Assembly (NCBI GenBank): GCA_963733195.1
Contig: CAVTCR010000062.1
Span: forward strand, 256,001 to 320,000
Direction of reading: 5' to 3'
DNA length: 64,000 nucleotides
Source of the DNA: an uncultured delta proteobacterium
Lineage (GTDB): Bacteria > Desulfobacterota > Binatia > Bin18
Below the pieces are notes generated by a model. The model was not told where the DNA came from. It made no database searches and saw only the letters and a program-made list of their open reading frames with translations. Shown here in pieces: positions 1 to 10,862 of the stretch (positions are counted from its first letter, which is position 1; each line of letters starts with the position of its first letter). The position numbers were made by a program, and so were the translations under genes.

Positions 1-2
1 TA

Positions 3-279
3 GTGATTATTCCTACTCACGGCCACACGCCGGGGCATCAGTCACTCCGTGTTCGTGTTACCGGACGTGGCGAGTTCGTCGTGACGGGCGATGCCTGTTA
101 CACCAAGACCAATATGGATGAGAATCTATTACCGTCGGTCGCATACGACGAAAAGGAAATGTATCAGTCACTTGCGACACTGCGCGACCTGCGAGACAAA
201 AAGGGCGCGACTATTCTCTACGGCCACGACCCTGACCAGTGGAAGGAAGTGCCGCACGCACCACGCTCCCCTCGCCTAA
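3..279 (+). CDS. Metallo-beta-lactamase-fold hydrolase, N-acyl-homoserine lactonase (AiiA/AttM)-like; 5' partial
   Basis: Motifs GHTPGHQS, TGDACY and YGHDP. The true stop is probably near 279 (one indel), although the ORF track runs to 320. Confidence 0.75.
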
Positions 280-289
280 CCACTCCAGG

Positions 290-378
290 GGAAAAGGGCA
301 AAGGGGTAAAGGGAGAATGAAAAAACACCAAATTCCTCCCCTTTTCGCCATTTCCCCTTTTTCCCTTTTCGCCCTCTT
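290..378. repeat. Inverted octamer-like tandem arrays between convergent genes (hairpin or terminator-like)
   Basis: aaaagggc aaaggggt aaagggag faces ttttcgcc atttcccc ttttccc ttttcgcc. Confidence 0.5.
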
Positions 379-739
379 AGAGCGGTTTCTGGTCGTTCGT
401 TTGCCATCCCTTCCACACATCCGGGCAATACCCCACAGTTGCTTCTTTGCCGTTACGAACGATTGGAGTACGAAACAGCAACGGATCATCAAGCAAAAGG
501 GTTTCGATCTTCGCGGCATTGAAAGAGGCGTACGCAAGACCTTTCTCAACGAAGTGGGTGCTCGATCGGTCAATCAGTTGGTCAAGCGGCACCCGTATGG
601 CGACCGAGTGCAATTCACCTTTTGAGAGCCCTTTTTCTTTCAGATCAACAAATTGGAAGCGAATGCCGCGCTCTTTGAAGAAGCGTTGGGCTTTACGCGT
701 GTCGGCGCACTTTTGTAGGCCAAAGATCTGGATATTCAT
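377..739 (-). CDS. ArsC/Spx (YffB-like) family protein
   Basis: MNIQIFGLQKCADTRKAQRFFKE ... PLLFRTPIV; start placed at ATG 739. Confidence 0.85.
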   Translation of the reverse strand: MNIQIFGLQKCADTRKAQRFFKERGIRFQFVDLKEKGLSKGELHSVAIRVPLDQLIDRSSTHFVEKGLAYASFNAAKIETLLLDDPLLFRTPIVRNGKEATVGYCPDVWKGWQTNDQKPL

Positions 740-811
740 GCCGTGCTCTCCGTTCGTCAGCATGAAAGAGGAGCCGTGAGGAGTCAAGTTCATTGTTTAC
801 ACCGCGGCATT

Positions 812-1738
812 TCACCGCAATGCCATCGGAAGCCAAATCCGAAACGTTGAACCTCGACCAACTTCACTTTCTACCGTGATTGTCCCTCGTAGCAACTCCA
901 AAAAGTTCTTGACAATATAGAGACCCAATCCTGCCCCACCTTTGCTTCTGGTCAGTGCAGTACCAATTTTATGGAATGGCATAAAAATGAAGGGGACCTC
1001 CTCTCTTTCCATACCGATACCAGTATCCACGACACAAACTTCAACCCCGTCCCTTCCTCGCCACCCCTGGAGCATCACTTGCCCATGGTCAGTAAATTTA
1101 CTCGCATTACTGAGCAAATTTCTCACAATGACTCTGAATTTATCAACATCAGTATAGAATACCGCCTCTGCGTCCTGCACATCGTAGATGAACTCAAGCG
1201 ACGACGCCTCACGCAAATCTCTCGTTTCTTTCCACACATCTTCAAGAACTTCACCGAATCGGACTTTCGTTACTGTGGCGCATGAGCGGCCTATCTGGAG
1301 ATGACTGGCATCAAGGAGCGTCTCGATGAGAACGAGAAGATTACCAGCGTTTTTCTTGACCCGCTTGAGAACGGTGGATTGTTGCTCTGTCAGCTCGCCA
1401 AACTCGCCGTCTTTCAGAAGATCAGTGTATCCCATAACAACACTGAGAGGCGTACGGAGTTCATGACTCACCGTCGCAAGAAACTCCTCTCGCGCCCGTA
1501 GTGTCGCCTCAGTAATGTCCTTCGCCTTGCGCAGTTCGTGCTCTGCACGCTGGCGCGCAGCAACTTCATCGCGGAGCGTGCCTTTGGTACGATCCAGTTC
1601 CGCAAGAACCCTTTGCAGTTCTTCTAGATCAGGCCGCCCTTGCGGGGGAAAAACACACCCTCGCTCATTTAGCTGCTGAGCGTTCGAGATTTGTCTGGTA
1701 TGATCATCGACGTCTGGCTGGTGTTTTGCGTTTTCCAT
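812..1738 (-). CDS. Histidine kinase (HisKA + HATPase_c) with no recognisable sensor domain
   Basis: H-box VSHELRTPL, N-box NLLSNASKFT, G-boxes DTGIG and GAGLGL. Confidence 0.9.
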   Translation of the reverse strand: MENAKHQPDVDDHTRQISNAQQLNERGCVFPPQGRPDLEELQRVLAELDRTKGTLRDEVAARQRAEHELRKAKDITEATLRAREEFLATVSHELRTPLSVVMGYTDLLKDGEFGELTEQQSTVLKRVKKNAGNLLVLIETLLDASHLQIGRSCATVTKVRFGEVLEDVWKETRDLREASSLEFIYDVQDAEAVFYTDVDKFRVIVRNLLSNASKFTDHGQVMLQGWRGRDGVEVCVVDTGIGMEREEVPFIFMPFHKIGTALTRSKGGAGLGLYIVKNFLELLRGTITVESEVGRGSTFRIWLPMALR

Positions 1739-2102
1739 CCCCACCTTTTCCTTTCCACCACACAGTAAACACCCCATTCACGGCGCATAAATACACCAAA
1801 AGTTATGAACTTACAACATTAAATTTACGTACCAAACTGGATGAAAGGCGTAAAAAACCCCTACCCTCAACCCTTTTTCTCGCAAGAAACCCTATACGTC
1901 ATACGACGAGACTTTTTCACTGGGAATCTCGGAATTGATTTCGCCCTTGATTCCTTGGACCGTTTCGTCGTAAAGAATCGCATGCTTCAACAAAAACAGA
2001 GCAGGACGACAGGAAAGGTGGAAAAGCAAACTACAGGTCAGGTTTGCTTCTTAATCTTTTGTGGTGCGGAACCGCATTAGCTCTAAGAATAAGGAGTTTG
2101 TG

Positions 2103-4702
2103 ATGGCTGATACACAAACACATGGCGCGCTGGCCGTTGAGGAACAAGCATACAAATTGGCGACAAATGTTCGCCCTGATCGTTACCAACTCCGCCTTGC
2201 TCCGGATTTGACTGCATTCACGTTTGTGGGAGAAGAAACGGTCACGATCACGGTGTTAGAGCCAACGGCTGATATCTGCCTCAACGCTGCAGAGCTGCAG
2301 GTCCATTCAGCCGTAATCGTCACTCAGCATGGAGAGAAAATCACCGGCACGGTCACGCTCGATGAGATCAACGAACGCGCAGTGTTGACGTTTCCCCAGC
2401 AGCTTGTGTCTGGTTCTTACCAACTGCAACTGACGTTTTCCGGCATACTCAACGACAAGTTGCACGGCTTTTATCGCAGCACGTACAAAGATGCCCAAGG
2501 TCACGATAAAATCCTCGCCTCCACACAGTTTGAGGCGACCGACGCTCGACGGGCATTTCCGTGTTGGGATGAACCGGCATGGAAAGCCGTATTCCAAACG
2601 ACATTCATTATCCCCGAACATCTCACGGCGATTTCCAACACTGCGGTCGTTCGTGAAACGATCCTTTCCGGTACTGGCACGAAAGAAGTGGTCTTTGCCG
2701 ACAGCATCAAAATGTCTACGTATCTTGTTGCCTTCATTGTCGGTGAGTTCGAAGGTACTGATCCCGTGTATGTCGGTCAGACACCACTGCGCGTGTGGGC
2801 CGTTCCCGGGAAACGCCATTTGGCGCCGTTCGGCCAAGAAGTTGGCGCAGCATCGTTACGATTTTTCAGTGAATACTACCAATGCCCCTACCCTGGCGAC
2901 AAACTTGACCTCATCGCCATTCCTGACTTCGCTTTCGGTGCCATGGAAAATCTCGGTGCGATCACCTATCGTGAAACAGCGTTACTCATTGATACCAACT
3001 CAGCTGCTCGCCGCGAACTCGAAGCGAGTTGCGAATGTCGTCTCCCATGAAAATGCGCATATGTGGTTCGGTGACCTGGTCACTATGCGTTGGTGGAATG
3101 GACTGTGGTTGAATGAAGCGTTTGCCACCTTTATGGCGACACTCGCGGTAGATCATATACAAACCCGAATGGCAGCGGTGGACCAGCTTCGCAGTGTCGC
3201 GCGCCAGCGCTATGCAAGTGGATGGTCTCCACAGCACCCGTCCCATCGAATTCCCCGTCCATCGACCTGAAGAGGCGCAGGCATGTTCGATGTGCTCACC
3301 TATCAAAAGGGTGCTGCCGTGCTACGGATGCTCGAACAGTATCTGGGTGCGGACGCCTTTCGTGCAGGCATCAGCTTATATTTAAAGAAACATGAGTTCG
3401 CCAATACCGAGACCACAGACCTGTGGGATGCCATCGAAGAAGCTTCACGACAGCCAGCCCGCGCGTTGATGGACTCGTGGGTGTTCCAGCCCGGCTATCC
3501 ACTGTTACACGTACAGATCGAAGGAAATGCGAAGTGCTCATTTCGCAGCAACCCTTTCGCTATGTGCAAGACGGCGATGGCCCGCAGCAGCTCTGGCATG
3601 TGCCGATCTTTTTACGCGCCCGAACAGCACAGGGGGTTCATGAACAAACGGCCCTGATGACCGGTAAAGAAATGCGCATTCACACTCTCATCACAACCTG
3701 AGTGGGTAGTGATTAATTCAGGCGGGCATGGGTTTTATCGGGTGCAATACTCTCCAGATCTCCATAAGCGTCTCACTAACAACCTGTATGAGACTCTCTC
3801 TGCCGTCGAACGCTTCAATCTCATCAACGATACGTGGGCAGCGGCGCAAGCAGGTCTGACACCCATGACCACCTATCTTGATTTGCTTTCACTCTTCCGT
3901 GATGAGACCGATCCCAACGTATGGAGTGTCATTATCGCGTCGGGGCAATACCTCTATCACATGCTGGATGCCCATCAGCGGCCAGCCTTACAGCGATTTC
4001 TTCGTCATTTGCTTACGCCGATTGTGCAGAAACTTGGGCTGGAGCCCGCAGGCAGGAGAAAACGAATTGCTCGGCCAGTTGCGCGGGGAACTCTTGAGTG
4101 CACTCGGAACACTGGGGGCTGATCCCACAATCCAGGCTGAAGCACGTGCGCGCTATGCCCAATATCAACACAATCCCGCAGCCGTAGATCGCAACGTTGT
4201 TCCTGCCTTAGTGTCGATTGTTGCGAGCTGTGGTGACCTCGCTGAATACGAGGAATTCACAACTCACTTCAAAACGGCAAAGACTCCGCAAGAAGAGACG
4301 CGATATTTGTTTGCGCTCGCAGCATTCCGCTCCGAAGCGTTATTCGAGCGTACCCTGCAGCTCACCATCAATGGCGAAGTCCGTACGCAAAATGCCCCGT
4401 ATTTGATGCGCTCGTTGCTGCTCAACACCGAACAGCGCGAACGCGCCTGGACTTTTCTGAAGACGCACTGGGACGAGATGTGCCGCCAATACCCAGACAA
4501 CTCGATCGTTCGTATGTGTGAAGGTATTCTCTCTCTGGTCACACCAGCGCTGGAAGCAGAAGTTATCGACTTCTTTGCTTCACATCCGGTCAAACAGGCG
4601 GCAAAGACCCTGCAACAACATCTCGAAAAACTTCGCATCGCTGTTGCCTGTAAACAGCGCGAAGCAACGAACATCGAGGCGTATTTGCAGCGGGCGTCGT
4701 AA
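2103..4702 (+). CDS. M1 family aminopeptidase (puromycin-sensitive type, ERAP1-like C-terminus); split by several frameshifts
   Basis: [28 protein letters not shown](x18)E in WLNEAFA and [11 protein letters not shown], found across consecutive ORF pieces. Confidence 0.9.
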
Positions 4703-4768
4703 GCAGCGGCCGAAGTCAGATGGGCACCCAGAATGTTAGACAGGGGTAGAGATATTGCTTCAGTATTC

Positions 4769-4966
4769 TTATGCTGCCTCTCGCGAAGGCACGCGTCGCA
4801 AATACTCGACAATCTCCGCATTGACACGCTCAATTTCTGCCAGGTAACTGCTGGCCATCGCTTCATAGGCTTCCGGGGTGTACGTACTCCGTGCGGCAGC
4901 TAGGATGCGCTCGAAGCGCAGGACATACTCTTGCGCTGCCTGAAGTTCAACATCATTTTTAATCAT
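4769..4966 (-). CDS. Small helical hypothetical protein, possible antitoxin or partner
   Basis: 65-aa [15 protein letters not shown]... whose start overlaps the stop of the upstream ORF. Confidence 0.6.
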   Translation of the reverse strand: MIKNDVELQAAQEYVLRFERILAAARSTYTPEAYEAMASSYLAEIERVNAEIVEYLRRVPSREAA

Positions 4967-5130
4967 GCTCCATTACCTCTACGATGCCGCGTCGCTGAAG
5001 ATCACGGCGTGTCTGCCAGCCAACAATTAAATCTTCCATGTCGGCAAAGCTCGTTCCAGCGTTAACCCAAAAGATACTCGCACCAAACTCGCTTTGCGCG
5101 GCACCGTGTCGAAACAGTCCCTGCGTCTCA
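4959..5130 (-). pseudogene. C-terminal remnant of a DUF6932-like protein
   Basis: ...FGASIFWV...GWQTRRDLQRRGIVEV resembles that family's C-terminus (from recall). The upstream part does not look related. Confidence 0.4.
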
Positions 5131-5281
5131 GGCGGTGCACTCTCCCTGACTCGGTACTCATGGCGGCGATTATGGGGTGTCCGTCTCTTGTTTGTCAAAC
5201 TCTCCTTTCGATGAGTGTCTCGTTGCGTCGGAGTGAGGCGAAGACTACAATCCTGCTGGTTCATGACAAAAAGGGGTCCTT

Positions 5282-5649
5282 ATGGAAACGCTCTCGCTGA
5301 GAGTGAATACAACTCCCCGACGACATCTACAGGAGATCAAAACCGTAGAATCCATCATCCTGCGTCACGGCGTCCCAGAAGATTATCTTGTATGGATCCT
5401 TGGCGAGAGGCGACTATCGAGCTGACTCTGATATCGATATCTGTTGTGAGGGGATCCCTCCTGACCACTACTTTCGCGCCTTGGCTGAGTGTTTGCTGGC
5501 ATCACAGCGGCGAGTCAGTGCCTGCTCGACTTGCCAGCATTCAAGGGTACTTCAGAGAAAGACTCTTGCGCGAAGGAAAAATCCTATATGAACGTGGACG
5601 AACTACGGAAGGAGATCGAAGGGCTGAGAAGGATTGGGCTCAGCAGTAA
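5282..5649 (+). CDS. Minimal nucleotidyltransferase (MNT antitoxin-like); frameshifted
   Basis: IILYGSLARGDYRADSDIDI, with the end motif LLREGKILYE in another frame. Confidence 0.7.
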
Positions 5650-5650
5650 T
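5588..5650 (+). pseudogene. Possible N-terminal stub of a HEPN/HepT partner
   Basis: MNVDELRKEIE overlaps the MNT 3' end. No RxxxxH motif follows. Confidence 0.3.
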
Positions 5651-5809
5651 GTAGCTACCGAAGACGATGAATCTCTGCAAGCAACCCGTGCTCTGCGCCA
5701 GTTTATAGATGTGTGCCAGCCGTGGAGAGATTATGCAGCGGGATGTTGCGAAGTGTCAACGGAAGAAGCCCCGGCTCCGGCTTCCGTTCCGCCCTGTGAC
5801 TCATTTGAG

Positions 5810-6010
5810 GGTAGTGGTTCAGTTTTCCTTTTTAGGTTACGTAGAAACGCACAATCCGTGTCTCGAGGAGCCCTGCGACGAAGAATATCTCTCGGGCTAG
5901 AGCGCGGAGGGGAGAGATTCTTCACTCCGCAGAGTTTATCCTGAGCCTGTCGAAGAGCTCCAGTTCAGAATGACATGCCGTAGCGTTGTCGGCCAAACTG
6001 AACCACTACC
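5810..6010. mobile_element. MITE, 201 bp, with 16-bp TIRs and an 8-bp target-site duplication
   Basis: GGTAGTGGTTCAGTTT ... AAACTGAACCACTACC, flanked by CATTTGAG at 5802-5809 and 6011-6018. Confidence 0.85.
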
Positions 6011-6084
6011 CATTTGAGCCGCGCCTTGCTGGCTCTTGTTCCTCTTGGTATCGTACGGAGTGTGTTTCGGAGTGAGAGCATTTT

Positions 6085-6398
6085 ATGCATGAACTAACTT
6101 TGCTACTACCCGATGAATTGTACATCCAACTCCAAGCCCGAGCTGCGCACAAGGGGTACGTTGGAAGGATTCATTATGGATCAGTTAACAGCGGAGACCG
6201 TGAATGCAGAGCACAAAAAGGCAAGACCAGCAGGTACTTGAGGAAGCGCTGGCTTCGACCGGATTGCTGCAAACGATCAGCCCTGACTTGATCGCTGCGT
6301 ATAGTGCTGATCCTACCACGCCACGTCAGAGTCCCGTGCACGTTCAGGGTAAGCCCCTCAGTGCCGTCATTGTCGAACAACGAGAGCGAACGGAGTGA
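6085..6398 (+). CDS. Putative VapB-type antitoxin (RHH-like N-terminus); frameshifted
   Basis: LTLLLPDELYIQLQARAA ... GKPLSAVIVEQR; stop overlaps the start of the PIN gene. Confidence 0.6.
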
Positions 6399-6860
6399 CG
6401 ATATACTTTCTGGACAGCAGCGCTTTGGTCAAACGCTATGCGGTCGAAATAGGAACGACGTGGGTCAGTCAGCTCTGTGATCCCGCCAACCGTCATACCC
6501 TTTTGATTGCCAGTGTGACCCTCGTCGAGGTCGCAGCCGCTTTTGCTACTAAGCAACGCTCCCAAGAAGTAACAACAGAAGCCTATAGCCAGGGTCTGCA
6601 AGATTTCATCCGAGATGCAGCAGGGCAGTATCGCGTGCTCGGTGTAGATCAGCGGGTCATTGCGCTGGGTGTAACTCTCACGACGAGGCAAAAACTCCGC
6701 GGCTACGACGCCGTGCAACTTGCGGTGGCGTTGACCGTAAACGCTGCCCTTGTTGGTCAGCAGCTCACTCCGCTTACTTTTGCTGTCCGATCGCGACCTA
6801 CTCACTGCCGCTAGCAACGGGGGTCGCCCCACCATTAAATCCCAATTCTTACCATGATAC
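6395..6860 (+). CDS. vapC: PIN-domain VapC toxin; 3' frameshift, end approximate
   Basis: YFLDSSALVKRY, TLVEV, LRGYDAVQLAVAL. Confidence 0.85.
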
Positions 6861-6925
6861 AAGCTAATTCTTCCTCAGTCCTCAATCTTCATCGTACTAT
6901 TCTGCATTTCTAGCATTCTATCTTA

Positions 6926-8838
6926 TTATTTCAGCCCCGCCTTGCGCTGGGCTGCATGCCCAGCGCTCTGTGATCTCTGGGTCTTTGAAGGGAAAACCCT
7001 CTGCTTCCATCTCTCTAATGAGAAATTGGGGATGATTCGCAGAATTTCTGCTCCTTCGGCCTTGGCCTCCTCTTCCCGTCCTGACTCACTGTAGATAAAC
7101 GCTAAGCCCCAGTGAGCAGGCCAAAAATCTGGGTTCCGCGCCAGGATTTTCTTGAAAATCGTCAATGGCTTCCTCATACTGCCCTGCAGAAACGTAGGCT
7201 GAACCTAATGCGTTCAAGTTGGTCAACTGCTGAGGGGCCAGACGCACGGCCTTCGTCGCTGCAGAAATAGCTTCCTGCGGCTTCCCGCTACTGCTGAGAA
7301 CGAATGCCAGCCCCTCATAGCCAGTAGCAAAGTTAGGATCAAGCGTAATGGCCCGCTCCATCTCAGTTTGGGCTTGGTCATGCTGCTTTTGCATCACATA
7401 GACCCAACCCAGCACGAAGTGGGCGAAAGGCAAGGACTCATCCAAGGCTACCGCCTTCTGCGCCAGTTCAGAAGCCCGCTCTAAGGTCTGCTCCTGTCCT
7501 CCATACGAGAACCACTCCCACAAATAGGTCTGGCTCAGGCGGGCGTATGCTGCGGCATACTGCGGGTCCAGCTCAAGGGCGCTTTCACACATTTGCCGGA
7601 GCTGCGCGTTGGCCTCTTTTGTGCCAGGAAACCCGAACTCCAAGCTGCGCAAGAAATAGTCATAGGCCTCCAAGCTGTTGGTTGGGACGCGCTTAAACCG
7701 TTCTTGTTCCTCCGGCGTCAATTTCACTTTCAGTGCGAACACGATCTTCTGCCGGATCTCATCTTGCAGGGCGAAGATGTCTGCAAGCGGTCGGTCGTAG
7801 CGCTCGGACCAGAGATGACCTCCTGTGATAGCATCGATTAACTGTGTCGTGACCCGCACTTGGTCGCCTGCCTTGCGCACGCTGCCTTCCAAAACGTAAT
7901 GCACCCCTAACTCTTTACTCACCTCCTGGACCTTCACCGCTTTGCCTTTGTAGGTGAAGGCCGAGTTGCGGGCGATGACGAACAAACTCGAAATCCTCGA
8001 CAGATCAGTCGTAATGTCTTCAGTGATCCCATCACTGAAATACTCTTGCTAGGGATCGTTGCTCATGTTGATAAAGGGCAGAACGACAATGGAGGGCTTG
8101 TCGGGCAGAGGCAAGGATGGGTGCTAGGGGCTAGGGGTGGGTGTTAGGGGAGGAAGAAGGAAGATAGCGAACACCCACAGCTGTCCCTGCTACAAGCAGC
8201 AGTCCCACCGCTATTGCTCGGTGGGCAGAGCCCACCCTACGAGAAAACTTCAGGCGTTGGACTTGGAGCGTCCGGCGTAAGCCTGTAGGTGCCTCGGGCA
8301 ACAAAGCATAGACCTGGAAGCGTTCGGCGATGTTCTTCAGCTTGGGTTTGCCCATGGAGACCACTGTGCCAAGGTCTACTTTTTTGGCCACGTCACGATA
8401 GACAATGTCCGAGATACAAATCGTATCCGGCTCGGCCAAGGCTTGTAGCCGCGAGGCGATGTTGACCCCATCGCCAAACACATCGCCGTCTTTCTGCACG
8501 ATGTCACCGAGATGAATACCAATCCGCACGTGAATCTGTTCAGCTTTTTCTTTCTCAGCATTATAAGAGCGTAACTGGCTCTGAATCTGCTGCGCACACT
8601 GCACGGCGTGGACGACGGAGGGAAAGTCGACCAAGAAGGCATCCCCGACGGTTTTGATGACATGGCCATGATGGGCACTCACGGCTTGTTGAATGAGTCT
8701 GATTATGCACATCCAACAACCGCAGCATGCGGGCCTCGTCGCGCCCATCTGGCGGCTAAAGCCGACGATGTCGGTGAACATGATCGCCGCTAGTCGCCGT
8801 TGCTCGACGTGCGTCGCACTACCTGTAGCATCCTGCAT
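6926..8838 (-). CDS. Class III adenylate/guanylate cyclase + TM + TolB_N-like domain + TPR repeats; frameshifted
   Basis: RRLAAIMFTDIVGFS, VGDA, RIGIHLGD, GDGVNIASRLQ; KPSIVVLPF region; FVIARNSAFTYKG; TPRs. Confidence 0.9.
8220..8240 (-). repeat. GTAG-type REP inside the cyclase CDS
   Basis: Minus strand reads GTAGGGTGGGCTCTGCCCACC, with the same architecture as the intergenic copies at 15457 and 36327. Confidence 0.55.
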
Positions 8839-8937
8839 AAACGAGGATTATTCTGCCGATGCTGGCTTACTGTCAACTGACGATGGGCTTGTAGTCCACC
8901 GCAACAAAGATAAAGGGCGAATTGTAAGGAGGAGGTA

Positions 8938-10272
8938 ATGGACCTCAACAACATTCTCCAGCTGATTCCCGATTATCAAGACTTCCTCACCCTCGACGAA
9001 CTGCATGAAAGCTCGCGACGGCTGGTCGACGAATTCCCTGGACTTGCAAAACTGCAGGTGATTGGTGAATCTACAGAAGGGCGATCAATCGAACTGCTTA
9101 CCATTGGTCATGGGAAACGTACTGCACTGTTTCTTGGTGCGCCTCATCCCAATGAACCCATCGGTGTTCTGACGCTAGAATTCCTAAGCCGTTTACTGTG
9201 TGAACAGTCGGATCTGCGAGAGCAATTAGATTGTACCTTTCTGATCGTTAAGGCATCTGATCCTGATGGTCTCGCCCTGAACGAAGGCTGGTTCAAAGGT
9301 GCCTTTTCGCCGCTTAAGTATGCGCTGAATTACTACCGCCCTCCCCAAGATGAGCAGGTAGAGTGGGGATTTCCTATTCATTATAAGACGCTGCATTTCA
9401 CTACACCGCCAGCAGAGACACAGGTAGTGATGCAGCTCATGCAGCAATATCGACCAGAGTTTCTCTATAGTCTCCATAACGCCAGCTTTTGCGGCGTGTA
9501 CTTTTATCTCTCGCGCCATCTGCCAGCGTTATTCCCCCAACTTCACCAACTCGTGGCGGATCACAGGTTGCCGTTGCATCAAGGCGAGCCCGAAGTACCG
9601 TATATTCAAGCGTGGGACCGCGCAATCTATCCATTATTTGGTGCACAGGAAGGATATGATTTCCTCGCTAAGAACCTCGGAGAAGATCCAGCGCCATATT
9701 TCTCAACCGGAACTAGTTCCGATGACTATCTCAAAACATTAGTTCCCCATGCACTCTCGCTTATCTGTGAGCTACCATATTACACCGATCCCATTCTTGA
9801 AGACGAAAGCCTTGCCAGCGTGTCGCGGCGCGAGGCTATGGAAGAAGGGTTACGGCGTACTGAAACGACGGTGCGGATTCTTGAGACTCATTTCGGCGCT
9901 CTACGCGAACGACTACCGCAGAACCGTTTGTTCCGTTCAGTGGCTGAATATCTGCGCAGGACGCCCAAACGGCTCATCGCCCAACGCAATGCATTAACTG
10001 CTCCCACGTATCAGCAAGAGGCAACACAAGCCCAGGCTTTCGACGCACGTGTCTGTCGCAGTTTTCATTGTCTCCTCTATTTAGGAGAACTGTATCGCTT
10101 AGCTACTGCTCTTGGTGAAAGAGACAGAGCCACAGCCATGCGCACTCATATTGAAGAGCGGATGGCACAGATTGGGACTGAAGGGGCGCTGCAGATACTA
10201 CCGCTGCAAAAGCTAGTAGCGATTCAAACGGGGAGTGGGTTGCTCGCGCTTACGGCACTTACTGGCGATTGA
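8938..10272 (+). CDS. M14 family zinc carboxypeptidase
   Basis: IGESTEGR, HPNE (HxxE), DPDG, YSLHN; strong SD aaggaggagg. Confidence 0.85.
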   Translation: MDLNNILQLIPDYQDFLTLDELHESSRRLVDEFPGLAKLQVIGESTEGRSIELLTIGHGKRTALFLGAPHPNEPIGVLTLEFLSRLLCEQSDLREQLDCTFLIVKASDPDGLALNEGWFKGAFSPLKYALNYYRPPQDEQVEWGFPIHYKTLHFTTPPAETQVVMQLMQQYRPEFLYSLHNASFCGVYFYLSRHLPALFPQLHQLVADHRLPLHQGEPEVPYIQAWDRAIYPLFGAQEGYDFLAKNLGEDPAPYFSTGTSSDDYLKTLVPHALSLICELPYYTDPILEDESLASVSRREAMEEGLRRTETTVRILETHFGALRERLPQNRLFRSVAEYLRRTPKRLIAQRNALTAPTYQQEATQAQAFDARVCRSFHCLLYLGELYRLATALGERDRATAMRTHIEERMAQIGTEGALQILPLQKLVAIQTGSGLLALTALTGD

Positions 10273-10862
10273 AAAGCGTGAAGAGCCGCTGACCAATGAG
10301 GCCGATCAAAGGAGGCAGCAGCAGGCTCGGGATCGCACGTGCTGCTGCAAACGGCCAGCCCAGGAACGGCACCTCCCACGAAAACAAGCGGGTCGGGGAC
10401 AGCAGAGATTTAGCAGTAATAAACGTCACCAATGGACCAACACCCACGCCTTGATTGAACAGTGATGCGGCAATGGGAAACACTACGTAAGGACCACCAG
10501 GCATAGCCAATCCAATGAGCCAGCCAATCAGAGATTCCTTTGGTACCGGACTGTTCGCCCATCCATTTGACGAGAAACTCGCGCGGCACCAGCACATCAA
10601 AAAACCCCGCCAGCAGAAATCCTAGTAGCAGCGGCAACCACACATCTTGTAAGAGTGTCCACGATGTCTGCAACCCCCGTAGTGGCAGGTCTGGACCTTT
10701 CATATACGCCAGGATGACCAACAATAGGGTCAAACCACCCATAACGAAGACGGAGGAGTCCACGCCCTTCTTCCCCTTTTGCCGACCACGTGCATTTGCT
10801 GCAGCCGCCGGCTTTTCTGTCGCTTTCGAGTTAGCTGCTCCGGATTCCATAGGGGTACTCAT
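10259..10862 (-). CDS. Small permease (ArsP_1/DUF318-like, half-size); one frameshift
   Basis: LLLGFLLAG, PGGPYVVFPIAASL, GVGPLVTFIT; ATGA overlap with the pqqE stop. Confidence 0.75.

Noticed and set aside
2986-3060. Programmed frameshifting in the M1 peptidase and other split genes
   Set aside because: Indels are numerous, scattered and without consistent slippery motifs, so sequencing error is simpler.
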